The position numbers were made by a program, and so were the translations under genes. Below are positions 12,839 to 25,725 of a stretch of DNA of 64,000 nt, piece by piece. The DNA is from Dictyostelium discoideum (taxonomy: Eukaryota), in NCBI GenBank assembly GCA_000004695.1, contig CM000152.2, positions 352,001-416,000 on the forward strand. Direction: 5' to 3'. The first letter of the stretch is position 1. Every line of letters begins with the position of its first letter. Below the pieces are notes generated by a model that saw only the letters and a program-made list of their open reading frames with translations, did not search any database and was not told the origin of the DNA.

Positions 12839-12977
12839 GTAAGTTTTTTCCAAAAAAAATAAAAATATAACGATCAACAATGGATTTGGAAAAAAAAAAA
12901 AAAAAAAAAAATTTTAGTGTGTGAGTGTGTGGGTGTTAACATTTTTTTTATTTTATTATTTTTAATTTTAATTTTAG

Positions 12978-15900
12978 ATATTCAAAAAATATTTTACCAG
13001 ATCCACCCCATCAACCATTATGGTCAATTGTTTTAGATGCATTATCAGATCATATTTTAATACTTTTAATAGTGGCAGCAGTAGTGTCAATTGTATTGGG
13101 TTCAATTGATTATACATCAGATCATCCAGAGACAGGATGGATTGATGGTGTTGCAATTTTAGTAGCAGTTATATTGGTAGTTGGTATTACATCATTGAAT
13201 GATTTCAAGAATCAAGCTAGATTTAGAGAATTAAATGACAAGAGTAACGATAAGGAAGTTAAAGGTATTCGTGGTGGTGAACAATGTCAAATATCAATAT
13301 TCGATGTCAAGGTTGGTGATATTATCTCATTGGACACTGGTGATATCATTTGTGCCGATGGTGTTTTCATTGAAGGACATGCATTGAAATGTGATGAATC
13401 ATCAATCACAGGTGAGAGTGACCCAATCAAGAAGGGTCAACCACAAGACAATATGGACCCATTCTTAATCTCTGGTTCAATGGTAATCGAAGGTTTTGGT
13501 ACGATGTTAGTCACAGCCGTTGGTGTAAATTCATTCAATGGTAAAACTATGATGGGTCTCAGAGTGGCCTCTGAAGACACACCACTCCAAATGAAATTAT
13601 CCGTGTTGGCAAGTCGTATTGGTTATTTCGGTATGGGTGCTGCCATTCTCATGTTGCTCATTGCAATTCCAAAATATTTCATTCAACGTAAAGTACATGA
13701 CATTGAAATCACTCGTGAAGATGCTCAACCAATTGTACAATTGGTGATTAGTGCTATCACTATCGTTGTGGTTGCTGTCCCAGAGGGTCTACCATTGGCT
13801 GTAACTATGGCTTTGGCATATGGTATGATGAAGATGTTTAAGGAGAATAATTTAGTACGTAATTTAGCATCCTGCGAAACTATGGGTTCTGCAACAACTA
13901 TTTGCTCCGATAAAACTGGTACACTCACTCAAAATGTTATGTCTGTTGTCACTGGTACCATTTGTGGTGTTTTCCCAACCCTCGACGGCATTGCTCAAAA
14001 GATTCCAAAACATGTTCAATCCATCCTCACCGACGGTATGGCCATTAATTCAAATGCCTACGAAGGTGTTTCTAGTAAGGGTAAATTGGAATTCATTGGT
14101 TCAAAGACTGAATGTGCATTATTAAATTTTGGTAAATTATTTGGTTGCGATTATAATGAAGTTAGAAAACGTTTAGAAGTAGTCGAACTTTATCCATTCT
14201 CATCCGCAAGAAAAAGAATGAGTGTATTGGTCAAACATGATCAAAATCTTCGTTTATTCACAAAGGGTGCCTCTGAAATCATCCTTGGCCAATGTGGTAG
14301 TTACCTTGATGAAGCTGGTAACATTCGTCCAATCTCTGAGGCAAAAGCATACTTTGAAGAACAAATTAATAATTTCGCTAGTGATGCACTTCGTACCATT
14401 GGTTTAGCCTATAGAGACTTCCAATATGGTGAATGTGATTTCAAAGAGCCACCAGAGAATAACTTGGTTTTCATTGGTATCGTTGGTATTAAGGATCCAT
14501 TACGTCCAGAGGTACCAGAGGCTGTGGAAATTTGTAAACGTGCTGGTATCGTAGTTCGTATGGTAACTGGTGATAATTTAGTGACCGCTCAAAACATTGC
14601 ACGTAATTGTGGTATTCTTACAGAGGGTGGTCTTTGTATGGAGGGTCCAAAATTCCGTGAACTTTCTCAATCGGAAATGGATGCAATTCTTCCAAAACTT
14701 CAAGTTTTAGCTCGTTCATCACCAACCGATAAACAATTGTTGGTTGGTCGTTTAAAGGATTTAGGTGAGGTTGTCGCTGTTACTGGTGATGGTACAAACG
14801 ATGGTCCTGCCCTTAAATTGGCAAATGTTGGTTTCTCTATGGGTATCTCTGGTACTGAGGTTGCCATTGCCGCTTCCGATGTCGTACTTTTGGATGATAA
14901 TTTCGCTTCAATTGTTCGTGCCGTCTTATGGGGTCGTAATATTTATGACGCAATTTGTAAATTCCTTCAATTCCAATTGACAGTAAATGTAGTAGCTGTC
15001 ACTGTTGCATTCATTGGTACATTAACAAGCGATGTTGTTGAAGATAAAGATAATTCCTCCTCCAGTGGTAGTGCTGATAAAGTTACCGAGGAGGAGCCAC
15101 GTCAAGGTTCACCATTAACAGCTGTACAATTACTTTGGGTCAATCTTATTATGGATACTTTAGCCGCTTTAGCACTTGCAACCGAACCACCAACACCAGA
15201 ATTATTAGAACGTCCACCAAATGGTAAGAATGCACCATTGATCACTCGTTCAATGTGGAAGAATATCATTGGTCAAGCTGCACTTCAATTGGCTATTCTT
15301 TTCACAATTCTCTATCAAGGTCATAACATTTTCCAACATTTCGTCCCACAAGCTCATGGTCCAATCATAAAGAATGGTTTACATCATTATACTTTGGTTT
15401 TCAATTGTTTCGTTTTCCTTCAACTCTTTAATGAAATCAATGCTCGTGTACTCGGTAGTAGAACAAATCCATTTAAAAACTTTTTCAATAACCCAATTTT
15501 CATTGCTGTCATGATCTTCACTTTGGGTGTTCAAATCATTTTCGTTACATTTGGTGGTTCTGCAACTTCAACCGATTCTCTCTACATTGTTGAATGGATT
15601 TGTTGTGTTGTAGTTGGTGCCATCTCTTTACCAGTTGGTTTATTATTAAGAAAGATTCCAATTCGTGAACCAGTTGTAAAGAATGAAATACCAGTTCACT
15701 CTGAAGCTGTTTACACTTCTCCATCTCCAAATCCTTCCTCTTCCAATTTATTAGGTAGTGGTGGTGCTAAACCAATCTCAAAGGATTATCCAACCTCTGG
15801 TGAATCAACTCCACCAATCAATGATGAAGGCTCACCATTGGTCACAAGAAAGACCTCTGTTGGTGCCAGTGCAAATGATAATATCAATACTCCAATCCCA

Positions 15901-16104
15901 TCATCCTCATCAAATCTTGTAAATTTAAATAAACCAACCCAAGTTGGTAGAGGTTGGCAAATAGTAAGACAAACTCATAAAAAATTGGTTGTAATTAATG
16001 CTCTCAAAGAATTTAGTCAAAATAAAGAACCTGGTCTTGTTGATGTAGTTCGTGGTACAAATAGAGGTTCTTTACATTTACCTGTAAATCAAATTAATAA
16101 TTAA
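12978..16104 (+). CDS. patA: P-type (P2B) plasma-membrane-type Ca2+-ATPase, exon 2
   Basis: Acceptor tttaattttAG at 12976-12977. The junction gives ...RVLK|YSKNILPDPPHQPLWSIVLDALSDHILILLIVAAVVSIVLG, the conserved PMCA TM1 region. P-type signatures are present: CSDKTGTLT (phosphorylated Asp), MVTGDN and GDGTNDGPALK. The total CDS is 3348 nt, giving 1115 aa, which matches my recollection of Dictyostelium PAT1. Stop at 16102-16104. Confidence 0.9.
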
Positions 16105-16587
16105 TAATTAAAAAAAAAAATCAAAAAAAAAAAAATCAAAAAATATACATAAAATTACAAATATAATAGTATAATTATTTAAATAAAATCGATTCTTATT
16201 TTTTTTTTTTTTATATATATTTTTTTTTTAAATCTAAAAATAAAAAAAAAAAAAATAAAACAAAATAAAAGAAAATAATTAAAATATGAGAAAATAATAA
16301 TTTATCCAAACTATTTTTTTAATTTTTTTTTTTTTAATTTTATATATATAATAATATATCATTTATAAAGATTATTCCTCCAAAGTCGCAACAACAAGAA
16401 TATTCCATTCATTCTATTTTTGGGATTTATTTTTTTAAATTTTTATTTTTTCAATTTATTTTTTTTTTTTTTATTTTTTTTTTTTATTTTGTATTTTTTT
16501 TTTATTTTTTTATTTTGTATTTTTTTTTTATTTTTTTTTTTTTAATATTTTTTTTTATAATTTATTTTGTTTTTATTTTTTTTATAA

Positions 16588-16591
<4 letters not shown>

Positions 16592-16648
<57 letters not shown>
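16592..16648. repeat. (TTA)n microsatellite
   Basis: Direct reading. Confidence 0.9.
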
Positions 16649-16893
16649 GTTTCTTTAATTAATTAATCAAAAAAAAGATCAGATAATTAATTTACATGTA
16701 GTTGGAATCTTTAATTTATGTGTAAAAATAATAAATAGAAAAAAAAAAAAAAAAATTGTGTATAATAATATTAATATTTTATAAAAAGAATTTAATAATA
16801 AAGAAAAAAAAAAAAAAAAATAAATAAATAATTAAAATAAACAATTTTTTTTTTTTCCCAAATTAAAAAGAAGCTTTGGCCTTTTTTTTTTTT

Positions 16894-16939
<46 letters not shown>

Positions 16940-17003
16940 AAATTTTAATTTATTTTATTTTATTTTTTTTTTAATATTTATAAATATATTTATATAAATA
17001 AAA

Positions 17004-17876
17004 ATGGTAACAAATATATTATCAAAAAGAAGACCATGTAGTCGAGATGGGAATACGGATTCACTAACTCAAGTCAAAAGAACACTTGAGGAACAACCAA
17101 ATAACTCAACAATTCCACCTATTGAACCAATAATAACAAGATCAAGAGCTACACTCCTCACAAAAACAAAAAATGAAAGTAATCCCAATTGCGATAGTAA
17201 ATATGAAAATGAAAATGAAAATGAAAGTGAAAATGAAAATGAAAATGAAAATAATGAAAATGATGAAAATGATGATGGGAATGATGCCGGAAATGGTGAT
17301 GATGAAAATGATGAAAACCAACATGAAAGTGAAATTGAAAGTGAAAACCAAAATATTAATCAAAATGTAAATGAAAATGTAAATATAAATAGACTTGTAA
17401 ATAATAATAACACTAATAATAACAACAACAACAACAACAACAATGTAAATAATAAAACTTCAACACCAATAAGATCTCGTTCAATGAATAATGCCTTGCC
17501 ACCAAGAATCGAGAGATTTGGTTTACCTGCGTTCCCAATTTTCCCTTCAATGTTTCCACAAAATACACCCACCACTACCACTACAACTACTGCAACTAAC
17601 ACTTCAAATAATTCACCAATACCAACTTTTAATACAGCAATGACAAGGAGTAGAAGTAGGGATTTATTTAATAACAATAATAATAATAATAACAATAGTT
17701 ATAATAATAATTATAATAATAATAATAATTTTAATAATTTCAATGATAATTTTAATAATTTTAATAATAATTTTAATAATAATAATTTTAATAATAATTT
17801 TAATCATAATTTTAATAATAACAATAATAATAATAATAACAATAATAATAACAACAACAATAATAATAGTATTGGT

Positions 17877-17917
<41 letters not shown>

Positions 17918-19370
17918 TAATAATAATAATAATAAAAATAATAATAATAATAACAATAATAACAATAATAATGATAACAACTATAGTTATGGTAATTATC
18001 TTAATTATAATTATAATAATAATAATAATAATAATAACAATAACAATAACAATAACAATAACAATAATTTCAATAGTAATAATAATTTAAATAACATTAT
18101 TAATAATAATAATAATAGTCATCATCGTCATCACAATAATAATAATAATAATAATAATAGTTATAATAATTATTATCATCATAATAATAATATTAATAAT
18201 AGTAATAATAATACTAGTCTAAATAATAATAGTCATAATGATAATAGTCATAATAATTTAAATAGTAACAATAATTTAAATAACAATAATTTAAATAACA
18301 ATAATTTAAATAATAATAATAATAATAGTAATCATAATATTCATTATGATGATGATGATGATGATGATAATAATAATAGTAATTATATTAATAATTATAA
18401 TTATAATAATAATTATAATAATAACAATAATAATAATTATAATAATAATAAAAATAAAGAAAATGAGGAAAATAATGAAGAAGATGAAGAGGATGAAGAA
18501 GAAAAAGAAGAAAAAGAAGAAAAAGAAGATAATGAGAAAGAAATGAAATTAAAAACAAGATCAAGAGCTAGTAAAAAATTAGAAAAAAAGAAGGAGAAAT
18601 CTTTACCTGAACCAGAGTTTAATATCAATGATATAACTTGTGGTATTTGTTTAGAAGATTTAACAAAAGATACAATTTGTGGTAAATTAGAATGTCCTCA
18701 TATATTTTGTTTCTCTTGTATTGAGAAATGGGGGGAAACCGCTACTATTTGTCCACTCTGTAGGGAACCATTTAAACAAATTATAAAGTTTGGAGGTGAA
18801 ATGAAATCGAGACAAACCACCAAAGTAAAAAAAGTTGATAAACGAGATGATAGACCAATAAATCGTTTCATTCTAACTCAAAATAGACTCTATTTACAAT
18901 TGAATGATATGAATCGTCAAATTCCACCAGACTTTATCAGAGCCATTAGAAACCATTATCGTGAGCAATTCCCACATCGTGATGGTCATCAAAATAATCC
19001 ACTTGTTATTCAAGATGAAGAGGATCTTAGCTTGGTCTTTTCTTCAGGTAATGGTCCTCATGTTCATTTTAGAGACTTTTTACTACATCATATCCTATAT
19101 CATTTTAATCAACCATTATACAACAACATAATCATCATCATCATCATCATCATCAACATAACCACCATAATCAACACCATAACCATCATAACCATCATAA
19201 CCATCATAATCAACATAATCAGCACAATCAACATAATCAGCACAATCAACATAATCAGCACAATCAACATAATCAACATAATCAACATAATCAACATAAT
19301 CAACATAATCAACATAATCAACATAATCAACATAATCAACTTAATCAACATAATCCACTTACCCACATAA
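17004..19370 (+). CDS. Asn-rich RING-HC (C3HC4) zinc-finger protein, probable E3 ubiquitin ligase, main ORF
   Basis: ATG at 17004. The ORF has long (AAT)n poly-Asn tracts and an acidic KEEKEE stretch. The RING is CGICLEDLTKDTICGKLECPHIFCFSCIEKWGETATICPLCREPF (C-x2-C-x13-C-x-H-x2-C-x2-C-x9-C-x2-C). Its 3' end, from about 19125, reads poly-Ile in this frame, whereas frame +2 of the same DNA encodes a plausible (Q/H/N)n tract. The true end of this frame is therefore uncertain. Confidence 0.75.
19190..19345. repeat. 9-bp tandem repeat (caacataat / cagcacaat)n, about 17 units, encoding (QHN)n in frame +2
   Basis: Direct reading of 19198-19345. Confidence 0.85.
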
Positions 19371-19481
19371 TCCACATAACATACTTAATCCACTTAATCG
19401 ACATAATCCACTTGACCACATAATCCACATAATCCACATTTTCACCACCATCACCATCACCATCATCACCACCATCCTCCT

Positions 19482-19622
19482 ATGCTCCCAAGCTTTTTTT
19501 ATCAACAACCACCACAACAACCAACAGCAGCACCACCACCTTTACAACAAAGAAGATATATTAATCAAGGTAATTCTCTAAATGATCCAATAACATTAGA
19601 CTCTGATGATGAAGATACAACC

Positions 19623-19716
<94 letters not shown>

Positions 19717-20051
19717 TTAATAATAATATTAATAATAATATTAATATTAATAATAATAATAACAACAACAACGACAACAACAATAATGAAAATACTGCTT
19801 TTAATAGTAGTGATTTAGAAGATTTGGATAATGAAAATATAAATGAAGATGATGAAAGTGATGAAGAAGGAGCTGAATTTCAAGCCGAAATTGACGAAAG
19901 TGAAAATAGCTTTCAATTTAATCAAGATGAAGATGAAAATGAAGATGAAGATGATCATCATTATGGTGAAGAGAGTGATGACGATGAATACAGGGAATTA
20001 AGAATGGAATTTGAAGAGAGTGATATTGTAAGTAGCAATGTCTGGCCATGA
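19482..20051 (+). CDS. Probable C-terminal continuation of the RING protein (poly-His/Pro/Gln, poly-Asn, acidic tail)
   Basis: It is in the same frame as 17004..19370. The ATG at 19482 sits in a CT-rich context (caccatcctcctATGctc) that is atypical for a dictyostelid start. Upstream in frame the DNA reads PHNPHNPHFHHHHHHHHHHHPPMLPS, open from 19416. Stop TGA at 20049-20051. Confidence 0.55.
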
Positions 20052-20443
20052 AAATTCCTAATTTTGGCTTTGGATAAAATGTCATCATATCCCAAAGTTC
20101 ATTTAATCCTTTTTCACCAAATGAAATATATTACAACTTATTAAGAAATCAATCAAATATATAATAATAATAATGATGATAATAATAACAATAATAATAT
20201 TGATAATATTAATAATAATAATAATAAAAAATGTTTTTTTTTTTTTTTTTTTTCAGTACTATGCCACAATTAGACTAGGAGTTTCTTTGATAAAATAAAT
20301 AAATCAAAATAAAAAAAAAATAGAAATTTAATTTTCTTTTAACCACAAAAATATTGAAAAAAATTTAGAATTTTCTTAATTTATCTTGTTCATTTTTAGT
20401 TTATTATAATTTGTTATTTTATTTTTAATTATTTTTTTTTTAA

Positions 20444-20474
<31 letters not shown>

Positions 20475-20487
20475 GAAAAAGAAACTA

Positions 20488-21942
20488 TTATGAAAGTGGT
20501 TTTTGACCAACCATAATAATACGAGCACCTTGTTGATTAGTTTTTCCACCATCTTCCAAGAATGAATCAAAATTCCAATAAGAGCTTGATTTTATATTGA
20601 TAAAACCAGAAGAAATGAAGAGTAGTTGAAGTTCTGATTTTGAAATGATTGCAAAAGTTAATTCTTCGACCATTAAATGACCATTACTATAGTGAACACT
20701 ATCATCTTCCAATTGTATTTTGGTTTGATTGGCGTTACCACCACCGCCATTTGTATTTGTACCACCACCATAAAAAGAGGATTCATTGCCAATGGAATAA
20801 AAGATATCATCAACACACCAAAGACCATTGAAAGTATCGGTGTGAACAGTACTAGTTCTAACTACTTGACTACCATTGATTAACATTTTCTGTTGTTTAC
20901 TATTCATTATATTTGAAAGACCACACATGAAATTTGAGATATCAATCAATACGATGCCACCAGGTTTACAAGCATCATAAAGTTTTTTCATGGCCATAAT
21001 TCTGTCATCCAATTTGTTTAGGTATTGTAATGGGCCATGAATACTAATGATCATATCATAACGTTCGGTTATGTTCATATCCAAGAAACCAACTCTATAG
21101 ACATCGACACGGTCGCAAGTATTTTTTGAATAGTCGTATGCAAAGTTATAATAATCTTCGTCAGGCTCGAACGCTTCAATGATTTCAAATTTCGACCGGT
21201 CGTATTCGGAAAACATTCTTCCCAAACCGCAGCCGATATCCAACATTGCGCCATAGGACAATCGATAGTATAAACAAATGTTTTCAATAAACTCCCAAAT
21301 CAAAGGCACTTCGTTATCTCTTTGAATGAAACAATAGTATAGAATATCTCTTTTCTTCCAATTGGTAGCAGGATCTTTGAAACTCTCTTTAAACTCTGCC
21401 AACTTTTCCATTTCACGTTGTGATTCTGGTGATTGTCTTGCTCTTAACTTTGCAGTTTCACAATAACATGCAATAAATTTACTATCACAATTACAAAATT
21501 TCTTTTCACAAATTTCTTTAAAATTTTTATTTATCTTTGATTTAATACCTTCTAAATTCTTTTTAAAATATTTATCATTATTTATAAAATTATTATTATT
21601 ATTATTTATTATATTTGTAGTTGTAGTTGTTGTAGTTGTTGTAGTATTTGTATTTGTATTTGTATTTGTAGTTGTAGTTGTTGTTATATTATTACAATTG
21701 TTATTATTATTATTTTTGGTATTATTATTATTATTACGATAAATTTCTTTTAATGTTGGAAATTCTGTATAAAAGTTTTCATAAGTTTTTTTTATTTGTA
21801 AATCTCTTTCATTTTCTTCTGGTTGAATTGTCAATTTACTTGAAGTTGGTGTTGAAGTTAAAAGAGAATTTGTTGTAGTGGTATTATTTGGTGACCTTTT
21901 TTTTTTATTTTTTTTACTGGGTATATATGGATTTATAAGCAT
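20488..21942 (-). CDS. Class I SAM-dependent methyltransferase with an Asn/Thr-rich N-terminal region
   Basis: A single 484-codon ORF. Motif I is LDIGCGLGRMF, post-I is EAFEPD, motif II is YDMIISIHGP and motif III is CKPGGIVLIDIS. Confidence 0.75.
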   Translation of the reverse strand: MLINPYIPSKKNKKKRSPNNTTTTNSLLTSTPTSSKLTIQPEENERDLQIKKTYENFYTEFPTLKEIYRNNNNNTKNNNNNNCNNITTTTTTNTNTNTNTTTTTTTTTTNIINNNNNNFINNDKYFKKNLEGIKSKINKNFKEICEKKFCNCDSKFIACYCETAKLRARQSPESQREMEKLAEFKESFKDPATNWKKRDILYYCFIQRDNEVPLIWEFIENICLYYRLSYGAMLDIGCGLGRMFSEYDRSKFEIIEAFEPDEDYYNFAYDYSKNTCDRVDVYRVGFLDMNITERYDMIISIHGPLQYLNKLDDRIMAMKKLYDACKPGGIVLIDISNFMCGLSNIMNSKQQKMLINGSQVVRTSTVHTDTFNGLWCVDDIFYSIGNESSFYGGGTNTNGGGGNANQTKIQLEDDSVHYSNGHLMVEELTFAIISKSELQLLFISSGFINIKSSSYWNFDSFLEDGGKTNQQGARIIMVGQKPLS

Positions 21943-22229
21943 TTAATATTTTTTTTTTTTTTCTTTTTTTAGTTTTTTTTTTTTTTTTAGTTTTAAATTA
22001 GGATGTTTATAGTTTTAGTTTTAATTTTAGTTTTAGTTATAGTTTTTTTTTTTTTTTTAATATTGTGAAAGTATTAAAAAAAAAATTTTTAATTAAAAAA
22101 AACAAAAAAAAAAAATTTAATATTATTTTTTTGTTTTTTTTAAAAAAATAAAAAAAACAAAAAAACGAAACGGGGAAAAATGGAAGAAAGTGTGTGAAAG
22201 AATGAAATTTAAGAAAAAAAAAAAAAAAA

Positions 22230-22261
<32 letters not shown>

Positions 22262-22401
22262 GACAAGATTTATTATTAATTGGATTCAAAGTTTTTTTTT
22301 TTTTTTTTTTTTTTTTTTGATGAGATTTATTATTAATTAAAATTTTAATTTTATAAAAAAAAATAAAATAAAATAAAAAAAAAAGAGAAATTAATTAATT
22401 T

Positions 22402-23185
22402 TTATATTAAAGAAGATGGTTTTTGATAAGTTATTCTTTTTGATTGTTTTGAATTTGATAAATTTGATTTAATTGGTTTTGGTTTTATATTACTTGTGTT
22501 ATTATTATTATTATTATTATTTTTATTAATTTGATTAAAATCAAAAGAAGTTTTCTTTTTAATATTATCTAAAAATCTATCTTCAATATTTGTCATTAAC
22601 GAATCATAACGAATCATTTCAATATTTTCTTTTTCAGATGCGTAAATTTTATGAATTGGAGTTTGTTGAGTTGGTGGACCAGGTTCAATTGATGATTGAA
22701 GGAGTTGAGAATCTGCTGAAACCATATTTTCACCTAAAAGAATTGCATTGATACCTTCAGAACCAAACCAACATAAAAAGTACCAACTTAATGAACTTAC
22801 ATATGATACATCCAATGAACCCATTTCAATACCTCTTTGAAGAAAGGTTTTGAAACGAATTGTCAATGGAAAGAATGGTAGCTTACAAGCTACAAATCCA
22901 CTAAAGAAATGATTTACCCAACTCATCATTGTTACTTGTGGTATCAAATGCATTATATTACCCTTTAACATATCGGTTATACCCGATGGATCTGTAAACA
23001 TTGAATTTGCAAACATCATATTCATTGGATTTGAATCTTCTTGTGTTGGTGCTATTGAACTTAATATACCTTTATTTGTCTTTGATCCTGTTGTACCACA
23101 TAAATATGCTTTTCTAATAAAAAATGATTTTTGAGGTATTCTATTATAAAATGATACTAATCTTCTAACTCTATTAATTGTTTGC
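22402..23185 (-). CDS. emc3: ER membrane protein complex subunit 3 (EMC3/TMEM111), exon 2
   Basis: After the intron (plus 23186-23289, donor GTATGG, acceptor ...attatAG) the exon reads MQTINRVRRLVSFYNRIPQKSFFIRKAYL...FTDPSGITDMLKGNIMHLIPQVTMMSWVNHFFSGFVACKLPFFPLTIRFKTFLQRGIEMGSLDVSYVSSLSWYFLCWFG. This is colinear with human EMC3: IPKQSFLTRKYYF...MTDPTMLTDMMKGN...[26 protein letters not shown]...DASWVSSASWYFL. Confidence 0.85.
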
Positions 23186-23289
23186 CTATAATAATAATAA
23201 TAATAATAATAATAAATTGAAATTAAAATTAAATTTAAATTTTATTAAATGATTTATTACTATTATTTATTATTATAATTATTCCATAC

Positions 23290-23450
23290 ATTTGCATTGT
23301 TTTTTCGACATCTTGTGGTTTACCTGAATTAATTTGCATAATTCTTGAAATATTTAATTTTAATGCACTAACAATAAATAATACAATTAAAATCGGTATA
23401 ACTACCCAATTTCTAATTTCGACATCTAACACAATTGGTGATTCTGTCAT
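23290..23450 (-). CDS. emc3: ER membrane protein complex subunit 3, exon 1
   Basis: The exon starts MTESPIVLDVEIRNWVVIPILIVLFIVSAL, which matches the EMC3 N-terminal LDSNIRLWVVLPIVI TM1. It ends in phase 2 (..CAA AT|GTATGG). Confidence 0.85.
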
Positions 23451-23928
23451 TGTTTATCATATATATATATAAGATTAGTTTATACAATTTTTGTGAACAG
23501 AAAAAAAAAATTAAAAATTAAAAAAAATTAAAAAATTGAAAAATTAAAAAAAAAAATAAAAAAAAAATAAAAAAAAATAAAAAAAAATATAATTTTTTTT
23601 TTTTTTTTTTTTTTTTTTTGTTTATATTTTTGACAAATTAGGATGAAACTCTCTTTATAAGTAAACAGGTTAACTAAAGTCCAAAAATATTAATTTTACA
23701 AAAAAAAATATAAATTCTTGTAACAAAATAGACTATTTGATTACATCATTATCCTTTTTAAAAATTTGGATTATTTCTTTTTTATTTTTTTGATTTGGAC
23801 TTTTCAAAATGTTTTTATCCAAAAATATCTTATTTATTTTTTATTTTATTTTTATTTTTATTTTTTTTTTTTTATCTTTTTCAAAAGGAACAAGCTTCCA
23901 TTATAATTATCAATATCAGATCCATTTT

Positions 23929-23992
<64 letters not shown>

Positions 23993-24077
23993 GTTTTTTT
24001 TTTTTTATAAAAAAATTTTAATTTAATATTTATCCTCCCCCAAATTTGTACATATAAAACAAATAAATAAATAAATA

Positions 24078-24115
<38 letters not shown>

Positions 24116-24117
<2 letters not shown>

Positions 24118-24289
24118 GACTGAAAATAAAACTGTATTATATTCATATTGGAGATCATCATGTTCATGGAGAGTCAGAGTAGCACTTGCTTATAAGAAAA
24201 TCAAATATGAATATAAAGCAATTCATTTACTTAAAGATGGTGGTCAACAAAAATCAGACGAATATTCAAAATTAAATCCAATGAAAGCA
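24116..24289 (+). CDS. mai: Maleylacetoacetate isomerase / glutathione S-transferase zeta, exon 1
   Basis: [51 protein letters not shown] carries the GSTZ1 signature (SSCxWRVRIAL, KDGGQQ). Donor GTATGT at 24290. Confidence 0.9.
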
Positions 24290-24392
24290 GTATGTTCTTA
24301 AACATTTTTATCTTTTTCCCTCTTTTTTTTATTAATATTTATTAATAAATTTTTTAAAATAAATAATTAATTAAATAAATAAAATAAAATAG

Positions 24393-24878
24393 ATTCCAAC
24401 ATTAGAAATTGATGGACATATAATTGGACAATCATTAGCAATTTTAGAATATTTAGAGGAAACACACCCAGAGAATCCACTTATGCCAAAGGGATCATAT
24501 GAACGTGCAATTGCAAGACAAATGATGCAAATTATTGGATCAGATATTCAACCACTTCAAAATTTAAAGGTCTTAGGATTAATTGCTCAATATAGTGGTG
24601 ACGATTCTAAAAAATCTGAATGGGCACGTACTGTAATTACAAATGGTTTCAATGGTTTAGAGAAATTATTAGAAAAACATAGTGGCAAATTTTGTGTTGG
24701 TGATAGTGTTAGCTTTGCTGATCTCTGTTTACCTGCTCAAGTTTACAATGCTAATAGATTCAACGTTGATATGACACCATATCCAAATATTACTCGTGTA
24801 AATCAACACCTTTTAACTATTCCTGAATTCATCGAAGCCTTACCACAAAATCAACCAGATGCAGAACCACAATGTTAA
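24393..24878 (+). CDS. mai: Maleylacetoacetate isomerase / GST zeta, exon 2
   Basis: Acceptor aaataaaatAG at 24391-24392. The exon reads IPTLEIDGHIIGQSLAILEYLEETHPENPLMP...IQPLQNL...CVGDSVSFADLCLPAQVYNANRFNVDMTPYPNI, colinear with human GSTZ1. Stop at 24876-24878. Confidence 0.9.
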   Translation: MPTLEIDGHIIGQSLAILEYLEETHPENPLMPKGSYERAIARQMMQIIGSDIQPLQNLKVLGLIAQYSGDDSKKSEWARTVITNGFNGLEKLLEKHSGKFCVGDSVSFADLCLPAQVYNANRFNVDMTPYPNITRVNQHLLTIPEFIEALPQNQPDAEPQC

Positions 24879-25174
24879 TAAATTAAAAAATAATAAAATG
24901 AAAATTAAAATATCTTTTTTTATACATAAGCATCACTTTATTTATTTTATTTTATTTTTTTTTATTTAAAACAATAAATGTTTTATTTTATTTTTTAATT
25001 TTAATTTTTTTTTTTTTTTTATTTTTATTTTATTTTTTTTTTTTTTTTTTTTCAATTTTTTTTCATTTTTTTTTAATTTTTTTTTTTTAATTTTTTTTTA
25101 TTTTTTTTTTTTTTATTTTATTTTATTATTTCATTTGTCATTCACACACATACAAATTTTTTAATTATTTAAGA

Positions 25175-25604
25175 ATGATTAGAGCTGGCAAAATTTTACA
25201 ACCATCAGTTTTATCACCATTTGTAAATGGTTTTTTACCAAAATCAGCATTGGTATCAAATAAAGGTTTAAGTCTTAATAGCAATAAATCTTTAACTTTT
25301 ACTTTTGACAGTGCAAGCATTTTCTCAGCTAGTTCATATTCAACAACTAGTCAACAACAACAACAACAAAAACATTTAACAGCAAGAGATAAATTACCAG
25401 ATAATGCAAAGGCAATTTTGAATTATAAAGTATTCCATTACAGTACAATTATTGTTGCTGTCAGTATCTTACCAACAATCTTTGCTCAAGGTACAAATTT
25501 AGCATTAGTCTCTGATATTGCCCTTGGTATTAGTCTTCCAGCTCATCTTTATTTAGGTATGGAAGCTGTTATCAATGATTACATTTATAGACCAGCTTTA
25601 AGAA
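25175..25604 (+). CDS. sdhD: Succinate dehydrogenase membrane anchor subunit (SDHD/CybS), exon 1
   Basis: An N-terminal presequence is followed by HLYLGMEAVINDYIYRPALR, which matches the SDHD heme-ligand motif H.GLG..V..DYV. Donor GTAAGT at 25605, phase 1. Confidence 0.75.
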
Positions 25605-25725
25605 GTAAGTTTTTTTAAAAAATAAACAAAAAATAAACAATTAAATATCCAATGGTTTTTAGTATATAATATATCTACATATATATATATATATACTAAT
25701 ATTTAATAATTTTTAAATAAAATAG

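Noticed and set aside
17743-18090. Poly-Ile, poly-Leu and poly-Met ORFs inside (AAT)n tracts (also 18346-18546, 19109-19375 minus, 19565-19818, 44491-45144 minus, 54204-54476 minus)
   Set aside because: These are alternative-frame or antisense readings of the Asn-coding AAT repeats of the genes they sit in. They are compositional artefacts.
20028-20097. Possible GTAAGT...AG intron at the 3' end of the RING gene
   Set aside because: Splicing would add only Phe-Ile-stop. The putative intron is GC-richer than genuine introns here, so I kept the unspliced stop at 20049-20051.
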